DNA from: Nitrosopumilus sp. | GTDB taxonomy: Archaea; Thermoproteota; Nitrososphaeria; Nitrososphaerales; Nitrosopumilaceae | Direction: 5' to 3' | Assembly: GCA_965219345.1 (NCBI GenBank) | Contig: OZ244732.1 | Location: 800,001 to 864,000, forward strand | DNA length: 64,000 bases | Part shown: positions 1-8,810 of the stretch, piece after piece | Position numbering within the stretch: the first letter of the stretch is position 1 | Layout of the letters: the number at the start of each line of letters is the position of its first letter | Translations under genes and position numbers: made by a program | The notes under the pieces: generated by a model | The model's database searches: none | Told to the model about the DNA's origin: nothing | The model's input: only the letters and a program-made list of their open reading frames with translations

Positions 1-14
1 AAAATCTTTCTGCA

Positions 15-1484
15 ATGTCTACAATAATTGGACAAAATAACGATCTGGTTTTTCGTAAACGATTAGATTCCTACAAAGTACGTGTTATTCTTCAAGACTC
101 TGTAAAGAACAACGAAAATTTACGTAATGCATGTTCTGCATCGCTCAACTTGTTGCCCAGGCTTTTACGCAACGTGAGCTACTCAGGCACTTTAGACATT
201 ATGAAGTCTTTCCCACAGTCCCATGTCTCAAAAATCATTATTGGAGACGGTGATGATCCATCAACCACATTGATTTTTGGAAGGGAACCCATGTCTGTAA
301 AAAATCCGCTATATGTTAGTTCAGCAGGTTGGAGCTGCTATCTTTCAAGGGAAACCCCCTGTCCATGGACGGCAAAGGAATACAACAGTTTGTCTTCAAT
401 GTTTGCAGGCTCTCTTGCCGTTGGGGAAATCTTCAAAGATCTGGTTCCTGAAATTCCTTCCAAAAAAATCAGTACTTTAGAATATGATTTGATAACGCAT
501 GGCACTACTCAGCAACCTCTACTCCAGCCCAAAATTCCAGAAATAATTCACCTTGACGATTTATTGCTGGTAGGATGCGGCGCAATCGGCCAAGCATTTT
601 GTTATGCACTCATGACAGCATCAAAGCTAAGCGGAAGAATAGGGCTTGTCGATAACGACAAACTTGAAAAGTCAAATGAACAGAGATATTTTTGCGCTTT
701 TGAGGAAAGTAGAGGATATCTCAAGTCAGTGTTCTTGGCAAGATTTCTCAAAGCAGGTAATCCCGCACTATCTACAACACACATACCTATGAAATATGAA
801 GATTATGCTAATGGTCTTTCGTGCAGCTCCGCACCAGAAGAGGCTGTTTCCGCGGTAGATAATGTTTGGACCAGACTGAACATACAGGCAGGAATGCCGA
901 AGATACTTTGGAATGGGTGGACTGACGTTGACACGGGGACTTTGCGGTACGGAATTGGCAAGCATTCAATCCTAGGAAAATATGCATGTCTGGGATGCTC
1001 ATATTATCCAAGCGGGACATCCCCTTCACAAATGGACCTAAATGAACTGTTGACTGGATTTGCTAGGAAAGAAATTAAACAAAAATTACGGCAAAACGCA
1101 ATCTGCACTCCCCAAGACATCCAATCGGTCGCTTCCAAGACAGGTATCCCGATTGAGCAACTTCTACCTAATGTTGGCAAGCCCTTCAAAGATCTCTTGC
1201 ATGGAAATTGTGGCGTTTTCACATTGAGGTCTCTTGGACATGATGCTGTAGCACCCACTCCGCATGTTCCTGTTTTATGTGGAATTTTATTGGCAACCCA
1301 AGTAATACTAGAACACCTTGAGCTTCCATCAAACACAGTAAAAGTTAATTCATCAGCAGATTTTGATGCACTCGGCATTCCTAACAGGGATTGCATAACA
1401 AATATGCAAAAAAATCCAGAATGTTTTTGTGGTGATTCTGTCTACCAAAACGCATACAAGGATAAATGGGGTTGTCTGGATTAG
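15..1484 (+). CDS. ThiF/E1-like ubiquitin-activating family enzyme (BilD-like: divergent N-terminal domain plus active adenylation domain); may be 5'-incomplete
   Basis: LLVGCGAIG nucleotide-binding loop, DNDKLEKSNEQRY, AVDN, Zn motifs CLGC and CFC, and an inserted region ending HGNCG (candidate catalytic Cys). The frame is open to the window edge. Confidence 0.8.
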   Translation: MSTIIGQNNDLVFRKRLDSYKVRVILQDSVKNNENLRNACSASLNLLPRLLRNVSYSGTLDIMKSFPQSHVSKIIIGDGDDPSTTLIFGREPMSVKNPLYVSSAGWSCYLSRETPCPWTAKEYNSLSSMFAGSLAVGEIFKDLVPEIPSKKISTLEYDLITHGTTQQPLLQPKIPEIIHLDDLLLVGCGAIGQAFCYALMTASKLSGRIGLVDNDKLEKSNEQRYFCAFEESRGYLKSVFLARFLKAGNPALSTTHIPMKYEDYANGLSCSSAPEEAVSAVDNVWTRLNIQAGMPKILWNGWTDVDTGTLRYGIGKHSILGKYACLGCSYYPSGTSPSQMDLNELLTGFARKEIKQKLRQNAICTPQDIQSVASKTGIPIEQLLPNVGKPFKDLLHGNCGVFTLRSLGHDAVAPTPHVPVLCGILLATQVILEHLELPSNTVKVNSSADFDALGIPNRDCITNMQKNPECFCGDSVYQNAYKDKWGCLD

Positions 1485-1650
1485 CTACACCATTTATGCA
1501 GAGATTGACCGCCTAGAATTTATAACGAACTCGATTAACCAGCAGTATTAGACATGCACTATTTTTAGGTCCAGTCTAGATACCAAATTCAAAAGCAATA
1601 GAAATGGCATGGTCTCGGAACGCAACAGAACACATAGGCTGATGGGTTTC

Positions 1651-2094
1651 TCAAAGCTTCTTGTTTTTCATCCTTATCATATCGCTGAATGACAGATTAT
1701 TACGTTCCATATCCTCAAGATCTTGGACCATTTCAATTCCCACCACAATCTTATTGTTATTCCAAAAATTGTCAATGATTGAATGCCATTCAGCAAGTTT
1801 ATCCTGTAATGTATCACTGAAAAATCGTATGTTTCCAGTTTGTAGAAGCCCCAAGTATACATTGCTGCTGGGAAGTCTGTCATTTTGGTCGGATATGGTA
1901 CGTTCTCTTTCTCTGTTTGGTAAAATGTTCAATGCTCGGTTTATTTCAATGCGAAGTATGCGTGCCATGTCACGCTTGTTTGATTTTCTCTCAAAGTGTT
2001 TTTGTGATTTGTATAGGATAAACCCAGCAGTTACAATGACGACACCTCTTACAATTGCATTTACGATTTCTTCCAGTGGTAGGAGTAGAGTCAT
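1651..2094 (-). CDS. Hypothetical protein with N-terminal transmembrane helix
   Basis: 147 aa; hydrophobic IVNAIVRGVVIVTAGFILY; its ATG overlaps the stop of the upstream split gene (ATGA at 2091-2094). Confidence 0.6.
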   Translation of the reverse strand: MTLLLPLEEIVNAIVRGVVIVTAGFILYKSQKHFERKSNKRDMARILRIEINRALNILPNRERERTISDQNDRLPSSNVYLGLLQTGNIRFFSDTLQDKLAEWHSIIDNFWNNNKIVVGIEMVQDLEDMERNNLSFSDMIRMKNKKL

Positions 2095-2177
2095 CTGGCT
2101 ATTGGCTTACCAAACATAAGTTTGAGAACCGTAGAATCTCTTACATCAAACTCTGCTATCTTGGTTTTTGGATCCCA

Positions 2178-3187
2178 TGCTGTGTTTCCTAACCTGACTA
2201 GTTTATCTGATTAATTTCATCACTCAAGGTTTGGATCAGAACATTTTGTATCATTCCATGAGTAGAAACTGGAAAAAATACAACCAAACACTAGTAAGAA
2301 GAGGTGAAATCATGCTGTCTTTTGACGCAATAGACTCATGGACAAAAGAACTCAAAGAAATGAACCGTGGAAAAGAAGGACACCAGTATGTTTATCCTGA
2401 ATCATTCATGGAAGCACTGGGATACTGCCATGCATATCTGCATCTTCCATATAGACAAACTGAAGGTCTGATAAAATCACATCTCAAATCCAAGACAGAA
2501 ACACCAACATATTCTGCCATCTGGAAAAGAGTAAACAAGCTTGACATCAAGATGAGCCCAAAGCTGGGAAAAGACATTGTCATTGCAATAGATAGTTCAG
2601 GAATCAAGGTTGCAGACAGGGGTGAGTGGATGAGACAGAAATGGCAGAAAAGAAGAGGATTTCTCAAGATTCATGTGGCAGCAGATGTAAAATCAAAACA
2701 GATTACAGGTTTGGAAATTACAGATGATCATTCCCATGATTCCAAATCTTTTGTATCACTAGTTGAGCAGTCAAAGCAATTTGGAAATGTGACTAAGACA
2801 CTAGCTGATGGTGCATATGACACAAAAGATAATTTTTCATATTTGTACCATGGTAACATAATTCCAGGAATCAAGACAAGAAAGAACTCATCAGTTACTA
2901 CTGATTGCTATCCAAGAAGAAAGGCAGTACTGGCCCAAATTTTCAATTATGATTTGTGGAAGAACAGCGTAAGCTATGGCGATAGGTGGATCGTAGAAGG
3001 AGTGTTTTCTGCATTCAAAAGAATGTTTGGAGAGCATGTCACATCGCACAGGAGAGAAAACATGATTCATGAGTTGAAAATGAAGGTCTGTCTGTACAAC
3101 AAGATGATTGTAATACAGTAGAAAAATCAAAATTGTTTCAAATGGTTAGATGGTGTTAATGATTAGTTGGTGTTGGGAAACAAAGCA
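2178..3187 (+). mobile_element. IS5-family (ISH1-like) insertion sequence, apparently intact
   Basis: TIRs TGCTGTGTTTCCTAAC (2178-2193) and GTTGGGAAACAAAGCA (3172-3187), 14/16 match; 8-bp TSD GGATCCCA at 2170-2177 and 3188-3195. Confidence 0.92.
2258..3121 (+). CDS. IS5-family DDE transposase
   Basis: NWKKYNQTLVRRGE, AIDSSG, LADGAYD, YGDRWIVEGVFS motifs; ATG at 2258 is the likely start. Confidence 0.92.
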   Translation: MSRNWKKYNQTLVRRGEIMLSFDAIDSWTKELKEMNRGKEGHQYVYPESFMEALGYCHAYLHLPYRQTEGLIKSHLKSKTETPTYSAIWKRVNKLDIKMSPKLGKDIVIAIDSSGIKVADRGEWMRQKWQKRRGFLKIHVAADVKSKQITGLEITDDHSHDSKSFVSLVEQSKQFGNVTKTLADGAYDTKDNFSYLYHGNIIPGIKTRKNSSVTTDCYPRRKAVLAQIFNYDLWKNSVSYGDRWIVEGVFSAFKRMFGEHVTSHRRENMIHELKMKVCLYNKMIVIQ

Positions 3188-3344
3188 GGATCCCATATAC
3201 TTTTCTCAAGAAGTCTTAATGGTTCATCGTTTTCGTTATAAGAATCCTGAAGTATTTGCAACATCACCTTGTCATGTATGCTGTTGATTGTTGGTTCGGC
3301 ATTTGCATCAAATTTGATCCACATTTGAACCTTATCGAGTTCTT

Positions 3345-3815
3345 TTACTGTATTAACTGGTACTTTTTCATCTCCTGCCATATCTTTTGTACCTGCGATT
3401 CAGTGAAATTTTTTCGTTTTGCTACTACCCAACCTATGATAGTTTTATCACCAACGCCATACCCATGCACTTTCTTTAGATAGTGCAATGAGGCAGCAAT
3501 TTCTAGATCATCTATGTTCTTGTTGTTAATGAATTTTAGAAATTTTTCAAAATTCTTCTTATCATCACTCTTCTTGAGTTCGATGTCATCGGGTATCTGA
3601 TCATAGTTTTCTAGGCTGAACGCGTTGTGTGCAAGTAAAGAGCAGTAAGGTCCACGTAAATACCATGAAAAATCATATCCCAAATATACACCACACGACT
3701 GTAAGAGATATACCAATTTCTGGAGCTTAAGCCGTTCATCAAATTCGTCCATTGAAAAATTGTAGTCTTTTATTTGTTTGAGAATGAATCCAAGCTCCAC
3801 TGACTCACGATTCAT
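3345..3815 (-). CDS. Panacea/SocA/YwgA-like winged-helix protein (putative antitoxin)
   Basis: RLKLQKLVYLLQ...YDFSWYLRGPY signature, followed by LEIAASLHYL. Confidence 0.65.
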   Translation of the reverse strand: MNRESVELGFILKQIKDYNFSMDEFDERLKLQKLVYLLQSCGVYLGYDFSWYLRGPYCSLLAHNAFSLENYDQIPDDIELKKSDDKKNFEKFLKFINNKNIDDLEIAASLHYLKKVHGYGVGDKTIIGWVVAKRKNFTESQVQKIWQEMKKYQLIQ

Positions 3816-3859
3816 TGGTCAAATTACCGACCACTGCCTTTTAAATTTTGCATATTCAG

Positions 3860-5095
3860 TAGTCTGTTGCACAACCACGCCTAAAACCTGACTGATGCCA
3901 ACAATTTTTACCATTGGGACAAACATTGGTGCGCCAAAAGACACTTGGATCAGGAACCTGCCAACCATACACAGTGGCATCCACAGACAACGCAAAGTAC
4001 GTGGAGCGTGGCAGGATGCTTGCCATGCACCAGGATCCGGGGTGGGAGCAGGAGCTGAAATCTGCAAATTGCCGCAAGAACGGGGCGCCGTTTCTGTATG
4101 CAGAGTCCCTGTTTGTATCAATTGCCATCATAAGATCCATGGCGCAGATACCCTACAGGCAGCTACGAGCATGGTATCAGAGATGATGCCCGGCGTTCCA
4201 ATGCCGGATCACGCCACCATGTTCAGGAGAATTCGTGGTCTCAGCGTCCAGGCCATGGGCAGCATGGTTGCCGTTACTGCAAGGGACGGCACCAGGCATG
4301 TTCTATGCAGTAGATACAACAGGCATCAAGGTGGCCAACAGGGGGGAGTGGATAAATAAAAAGTGGAAGGTCAGGCGCGGGTTTATTAAGATGCACGCGC
4401 TGGTAGACACCGACACGGGGCTGATCCTCTCGCTGAAGATCACAGACGGCTCTGTGGGGGATTCCAAGACGTTTGTCCCCATGCTGAACCAGGTACTTGG
4501 TACGGCAGGATCAGGACACAGCAGCAACAACAGCAAGCTGAACCAGGCGGAGCTTGGTACGGCAGGATCAGGACAACAGGATGCAGCCAAAGGTGCAGAT
4601 GCCGAGGCGGCCGCCGTCCCCAAAGGCATCTCGATCCTGGGGGACGGCGCATATGCATCACGAAATATCCACAAGGAGTGCAAGAACCGCGGCATCACGC
4701 CCCACTCATCCGGCTTGGGATCAACTCCACTGCACGCGGCAAGGGATCCGGCGATGCGTGGGGGCTGGCAGTGCGGGATCAGCTTGGAGGGTCGCCTGTC
4801 AGCCCCGTGGGAACGCTTACAAGCAAACAGAAAGAGGAGAACCAGAAAAAGTGGAAGAGTAGGGTGAGATACGGAAGGCGCTGGATAGTGGGGATCGTGT
4901 TTTCTGCCTTTAAGAGGATATTTGGCGAGTATGTGATGGCAGCAAAGCGGGAGAATATGATCCACAAGATCATGCTCAAGGTCGCCACGTACAACATGAT
5001 TACGTCAAGGGGAGGATGGGCCTGATGTAGCACGGCGTGAACCTGCACTGCAAGGTGTCACCAAGCCATGGGTGTGGAGGTTGTGCAACAGACTA
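3860..5095 (+). mobile_element. IS5-family (ISH1-like) element with frameshifted transposase, GC-rich
   Basis: Perfect 17-bp TIRs TAGTCTGTTGCACAACC (3860-3876) and GGTTGTGCAACAGACTA (5079-5095). Transposase motifs AVDTTG, LGDGAY and YGRRWIV are spread over several frames. No TSD seen. Confidence 0.88.
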
Positions 5096-5137
5096 AATAA
5101 AAGATATATTATTTAGCTGCTACAACAACAAAAGTCT

Positions 5138-6421
5138 GTGATCTCAGAAATTTTTTTACATGTTGGGCTCCCCAAAACTGCAACTTCAAGCATCCAAGCT
5201 ACATTGTTTTCAAGAAAAAATTCACAGTTTTTAGAAGACAACGACTGCCTTTATCCAAAATATTTGCGTGCAAATCACTCCGGACTCTACAGCAATTTTT
5301 GTAACCATCCAGAAAAACGGGCTATAAATATAAGACGCGGGTATGATAGCGAGAAAATTAAAAAAGAAAGTGAAAAATATTTGCACAATTTTGAAAGAGA
5401 CATTAAAAAAACCGCATGCTCTAAGCTAATTATTTCCAACGAAGCTATTTCAGTTTTGACAATGGATAATTTATTAAATTTACGAGATTATCTTTTATCA
5501 ACATGTGGCAAACAAGTTAAATTTAACATTATAATATCTGTTAGAAATCCAATTTCACTATTAACGAGTGAGATCCAGCAAAAGGTCAAAGATGGCAGCA
5601 GCACTGAACAAGTAGCATTAAAAATTATGATGAAAAAAAGTCACAGTCTGTTTCAGGAAAGAATCGAAAAGTTTACAAAAGTATTTGGAAGTGAATCAGT
5701 AAAGGTCTACAGTTTTGAAGAAGCAGTTAAACATGAATTTGGCCCTGTTGGTTATTTCTTAGCTTTTACACTAAATGTAAATAATAATAATAATAATGAA
5801 ATTAGTAGACTTTACTATAAAGTATCTAATGTAGGATTATCAATGTTTTCAGTAAAATTTCTGTCATACGTAAATATGAAAATGCCTCTAATAATAGATG
5901 GAAAGCCACAGAAAAATAGATCTTTGGGTGATACTGAAGCACTTTTTAACGTATGTGGGGGGGGGGGAAGAGAAGAGACGCGTGTGTGTCCTAAATATGA
6001 CATTTCTTATACTGATAAGACGACAATAATTGAAAACAGTCGTCATGATGTTGACTGGCTAAGAAAAAATTATGGAATAGACTATTCATCCCCAAAGCTT
6101 TTTAGCAAAAATCAAAATAACACTGGGATTACAGAAAAAACTATTCATGATTTAAAAAATGCATTTCCAAATCTGTCACGTCCTCTCAGACTTTTATTGA
6201 TAGAATTCTTACAACTATGTTCGGATTCTGTAGATAATGATGAAAAAAACAGAACATCCATCTTGAATCTAATTCATGATCTGAAAAAATACAGAGTTAG
6301 CTGGAAAATAATTCATAAAATAGATTTTGAAAAAACAGGTTTAAAGATAATATCAAAAATTCTACCAGAGTCTGCAACAGATAAAATGGTTGCTTTTTAT
6401 GTGAGTAAGATTAGAGCATGA
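5138..6421 (+). CDS. Sulfotransferase-like P-loop protein
   Basis: IFLHVGLPKTATSSIQ (5'-PAPS-binding-like), LIISNE and IIISVRNP (3'-phosphate-binding-like). Confidence 0.7.
   Translation: MISEIFLHVGLPKTATSSIQATLFSRKNSQFLEDNDCLYPKYLRANHSGLYSNFCNHPEKRAINIRRGYDSEKIKKESEKYLHNFERDIKKTACSKLIISNEAISVLTMDNLLNLRDYLLSTCGKQVKFNIIISVRNPISLLTSEIQQKVKDGSSTEQVALKIMMKKSHSLFQERIEKFTKVFGSESVKVYSFEEAVKHEFGPVGYFLAFTLNVNNNNNNEISRLYYKVSNVGLSMFSVKFLSYVNMKMPLIIDGKPQKNRSLGDTEALFNVCGGGGREETRVCPKYDISYTDKTTIIENSRHDVDWLRKNYGIDYSSPKLFSKNQNNTGITEKTIHDLKNAFPNLSRPLRLLLIEFLQLCSDSVDNDEKNRTSILNLIHDLKKYRVSWKIIHKIDFEKTGLKIISKILPESATDKMVAFYVSKIRA
5957..5967 (+). repeat. Poly-G tract (G11) inside the sulfotransferase-like CDS
   Basis: 11 consecutive G in an AT-rich gene; an (AAT)6 tract also lies at 5780-5797. 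Confidence 0.9.
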
Positions 6422-6443
6422 CAGTACAAAACTTGCGGATGTA

Positions 6444-6828
6444 ATGAAGGATACTTCGGAATACCTGGACAAACCCACGGTAAATGAAATTGTGGCAGTT
6501 TATGCGGGCAAAGGATACGACAGCATACCAATTCGTGAACGCCTAAAAAATAAAAACGTCAGCGCACGTATTCCATTTCGAAAGAATGGTGAATCACCAG
6601 GAATCAAACCATGCAAGAAATACAATTCGGTTCGTTATGCTGCGGAGGGATTCTTTGCATGGTTGAAGAACGGATTTTGCAGGACCAGAATCAGTTCAGT
6701 TCAGATCAGTTCAGAATCAGATCAGAACCAGATCAGAACCAGATATGAAAAGAATTGTGACAACTATCTTGGATTTGTTTATCCGGCATCAACTGTAATG
6801 TATTGGAGGGTGGTATTGGAATGAGTTC
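6444..6828 (+). pseudogene. IS5-family transposase C-terminal relic with probable right end
   Basis: YAGKGYDS, RYAAEGFFAWLK and RYEK...YLGFV motifs with degenerate catalytic residues; a CAGNN(N) tandem insertion at 6686-6745. Confidence 0.75.
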
Positions 6829-6938
6829 ACTGTAACATCTTCGAGGGTTTTCATCGATTTCAAATTACTGTTACGTTCGAGGGCCGGGGTGTTACGTTAG
6901 GGCACTAAGTTTGTATGGGATAGATTTGTGATAAATTT

Positions 6939-7244
6939 ATGAATTTTCAAGAATTTTGGAGAAGATTATCTGTAGAGTTAAAGACCAATAAAAAATTCAA
7001 GACTTTGAAACGTTCAAAACCTTTTGAAGCCTATGCAGACATTAATACCATAACTGTTATACCCAACTCAAACAAACCAAGACCAGTCCCGATCAAAGAA
7101 TTCCAAAAAATGTGGGAGATCATGAAAAATCACATCAGGAGTGAGAGATACGTCAATACCAATAGGCGATATTCTTCATCTCATAATTCATCATACATCA
7201 GCGCGTTAATCGATCATGTTGTATCTGATCATAACATGGAATAG
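6939..7244 (+). CDS. Hypothetical protein (101 aa)
   Basis: Clean ATG-started ORF inside the IR-bounded segment; no family recognised. Confidence 0.55.
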   Translation: MNFQEFWRRLSVELKTNKKFKTLKRSKPFEAYADINTITVIPNSNKPRPVPIKEFQKMWEIMKNHIRSERYVNTNRRYSSSHNSSYISALIDHVVSDHNME

Positions 7245-7261
7245 TCAGCAAGCCAGTTTTG

Positions 7262-8403
7262 ACCATCACCACAGATGAATTAATCATAAAGACAGCACAT
7301 GAAAAAAGACAGGAGTTAAAGAAGAGTTATGAGAATGAAAAGTCTGATGTAAATCCACTTGTATTGATATAATTGCCTGATTCACGTAAGGGAATATCAG
7401 ATAGAAAAGATCAAGTAATCAGACTTTTGGATTCAAGATTCGGAACAAATACAAACAATGGCAAGCTTGCAACCCATCCTTCAGGCAAAGATAATCACAT
7501 AAAACGAAAACATGAAAAGACCCATCTTAGTGCAGAGTTTCGCAAGATTTTCTCTAATGTTGCAAACAGGCAACATATCATAGATAAAATTTCATTGAAC
7601 GTTCCACAGTTAGAACGGAAATTAATACCTGATGCAGAGATTGTAGAATTGGACAAGAACCAAAGCCTTCAGGGAACTTTACTCATCGGACAATCAGATG
7701 CTATGAATCTACAAAACAGGTTTGATTCGTTTGCAAGAGAAATGACAGAACCTTTTGCAAAAGAATATTCCCGCGGAATTATCAGACGATGCATTCATCA
7801 GCTCTTTGAGAAAAACACCAAAGTAACCGATCTTATGGACACGGCAAACATAACACTGTCTCCAAAAAACAAAGATCATTTTATCAGGACAATATCTGAA
7901 TCAAAATCTCAATTTGCCCGAGATGTTGCTGAAAAAATCAACCGTGAAACAGAAGATATTCTAAAATGGAATGTTCCAAAGTACAGAGTACGCCAAGTCT
8001 ATGACAAAAAAGACTACAAAAAAATGCATAGTATCACCAGCTTATATCAAAACAGATAATACAAAACGAAATCCGATTTATGGATTTCCTTGAAGAAGAA
8101 AATAAAGTAAGGCGGTGGTTTAAAAACGAGGTAAATGACAAGAAATACTTTGCCATAAAATATGATGATCCTGAAACTGGGGAACCTCATGCATTTTACG
8201 TTGACTTTGTTATTTGTATGACGGATAGAAGAATCGGATTGTTTGACACAAAAGCAGGATTTACAGCTAAAATTACCAAGCCAAAAGCTGAAGCATTGTC
8301 AGGATATCTCAGAGACAATAAATCAAAGAAGGTTTTTGGCGGTATTGCAGTATTTGAAAATGGCGAATGGCTGTACAATGGCAATGAGGAAACATGTATT
8401 TGA
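7262..8403 (+). pseudogene. Type III restriction enzyme Res-subunit-like relic
   Basis: KRQELKKSY...VNPLVLI*LPD (in-frame stop at 7370), later helicase motifs missing, a frameshift near 8030, and a C-terminal nuclease part WFKN...FYVDFVI...LFDTK. Confidence 0.7.
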
Positions 8404-8754
8404 TGACAAGGATTTTTCAGACTGGAGGCCTCTTGTTTTATCCCGAGTTTTCTGGCCCCCACGTAACAGTTTAGCCCTCGAATGTAACAGTAATCTGAAA
8501 TCGATAAAAACCCCCGAAGATGTTACAGTGTAGAATAAAGATTACGGAGAAAAAATGATTATGATATTATGGCAGAAAATATGCAAAAATACACACAAAC
8601 CATTGAAAAAATCACATAATAATCCAAAAAAGTGTTAATAATATTGGGATCATCTCTGGAAATTAATTGGTTTTTTGTAATATTTACAACAAAATATCTA
8701 AAAATTACACAAAATATTACGTAGGCATGAAAAAATACAATATTTCACTAATTT

Positions 8755-8783
8755 ATGGACGAATCGTCCATTAGCGTTATATA
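8755..8783 (+). promoter_or_regulatory. Palindromic site plus TATA box of the S-layer gene
   Basis: ATGGACGA-A-TCGTCCAT (8755-8771), then TTATATA (8777-8783), about 27 nt before the ATG at 8811. Confidence 0.6.
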
Positions 8784-8810
8784 CTAACTCTGAAGAAAAA
8801 AACCAATAAC

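Larger units (their letters stand above)
2091..3381 (-). pseudogene. ~90-aa hypothetical gene interrupted by an IS5 element
   Basis: Removing the IS and one TSD joins 3381-3188 to 2169-2091 in frame: ...LLEKSIWDP-KTKIAEFDVRDSTVLKLMFGKPIAR*. Confidence 0.75.
6828..8530. mobile_element. Transposase-less segment bounded by long inverted repeats
   Basis: 6828-6884 matches the reverse complement of 8474-8530 at 53/57 (61/70 if extended). The ends read (CAC)TGTAACA...TGTTACA(GTG), with internal TGTTACRT sub-repeats. Confidence 0.7.

Noticed and set aside
1485-1650. Possible IS end remnant (GCAACAGAAC near 1622-1631)
   Set aside because: Too short, with no partner IR or convincing transposase fragment.
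6828-8530. Calling the IR-bounded segment a casposon
   Set aside because: No cas1 or PolB gene, no TSD and no known target gene nearby; kept only as an unclassified element.
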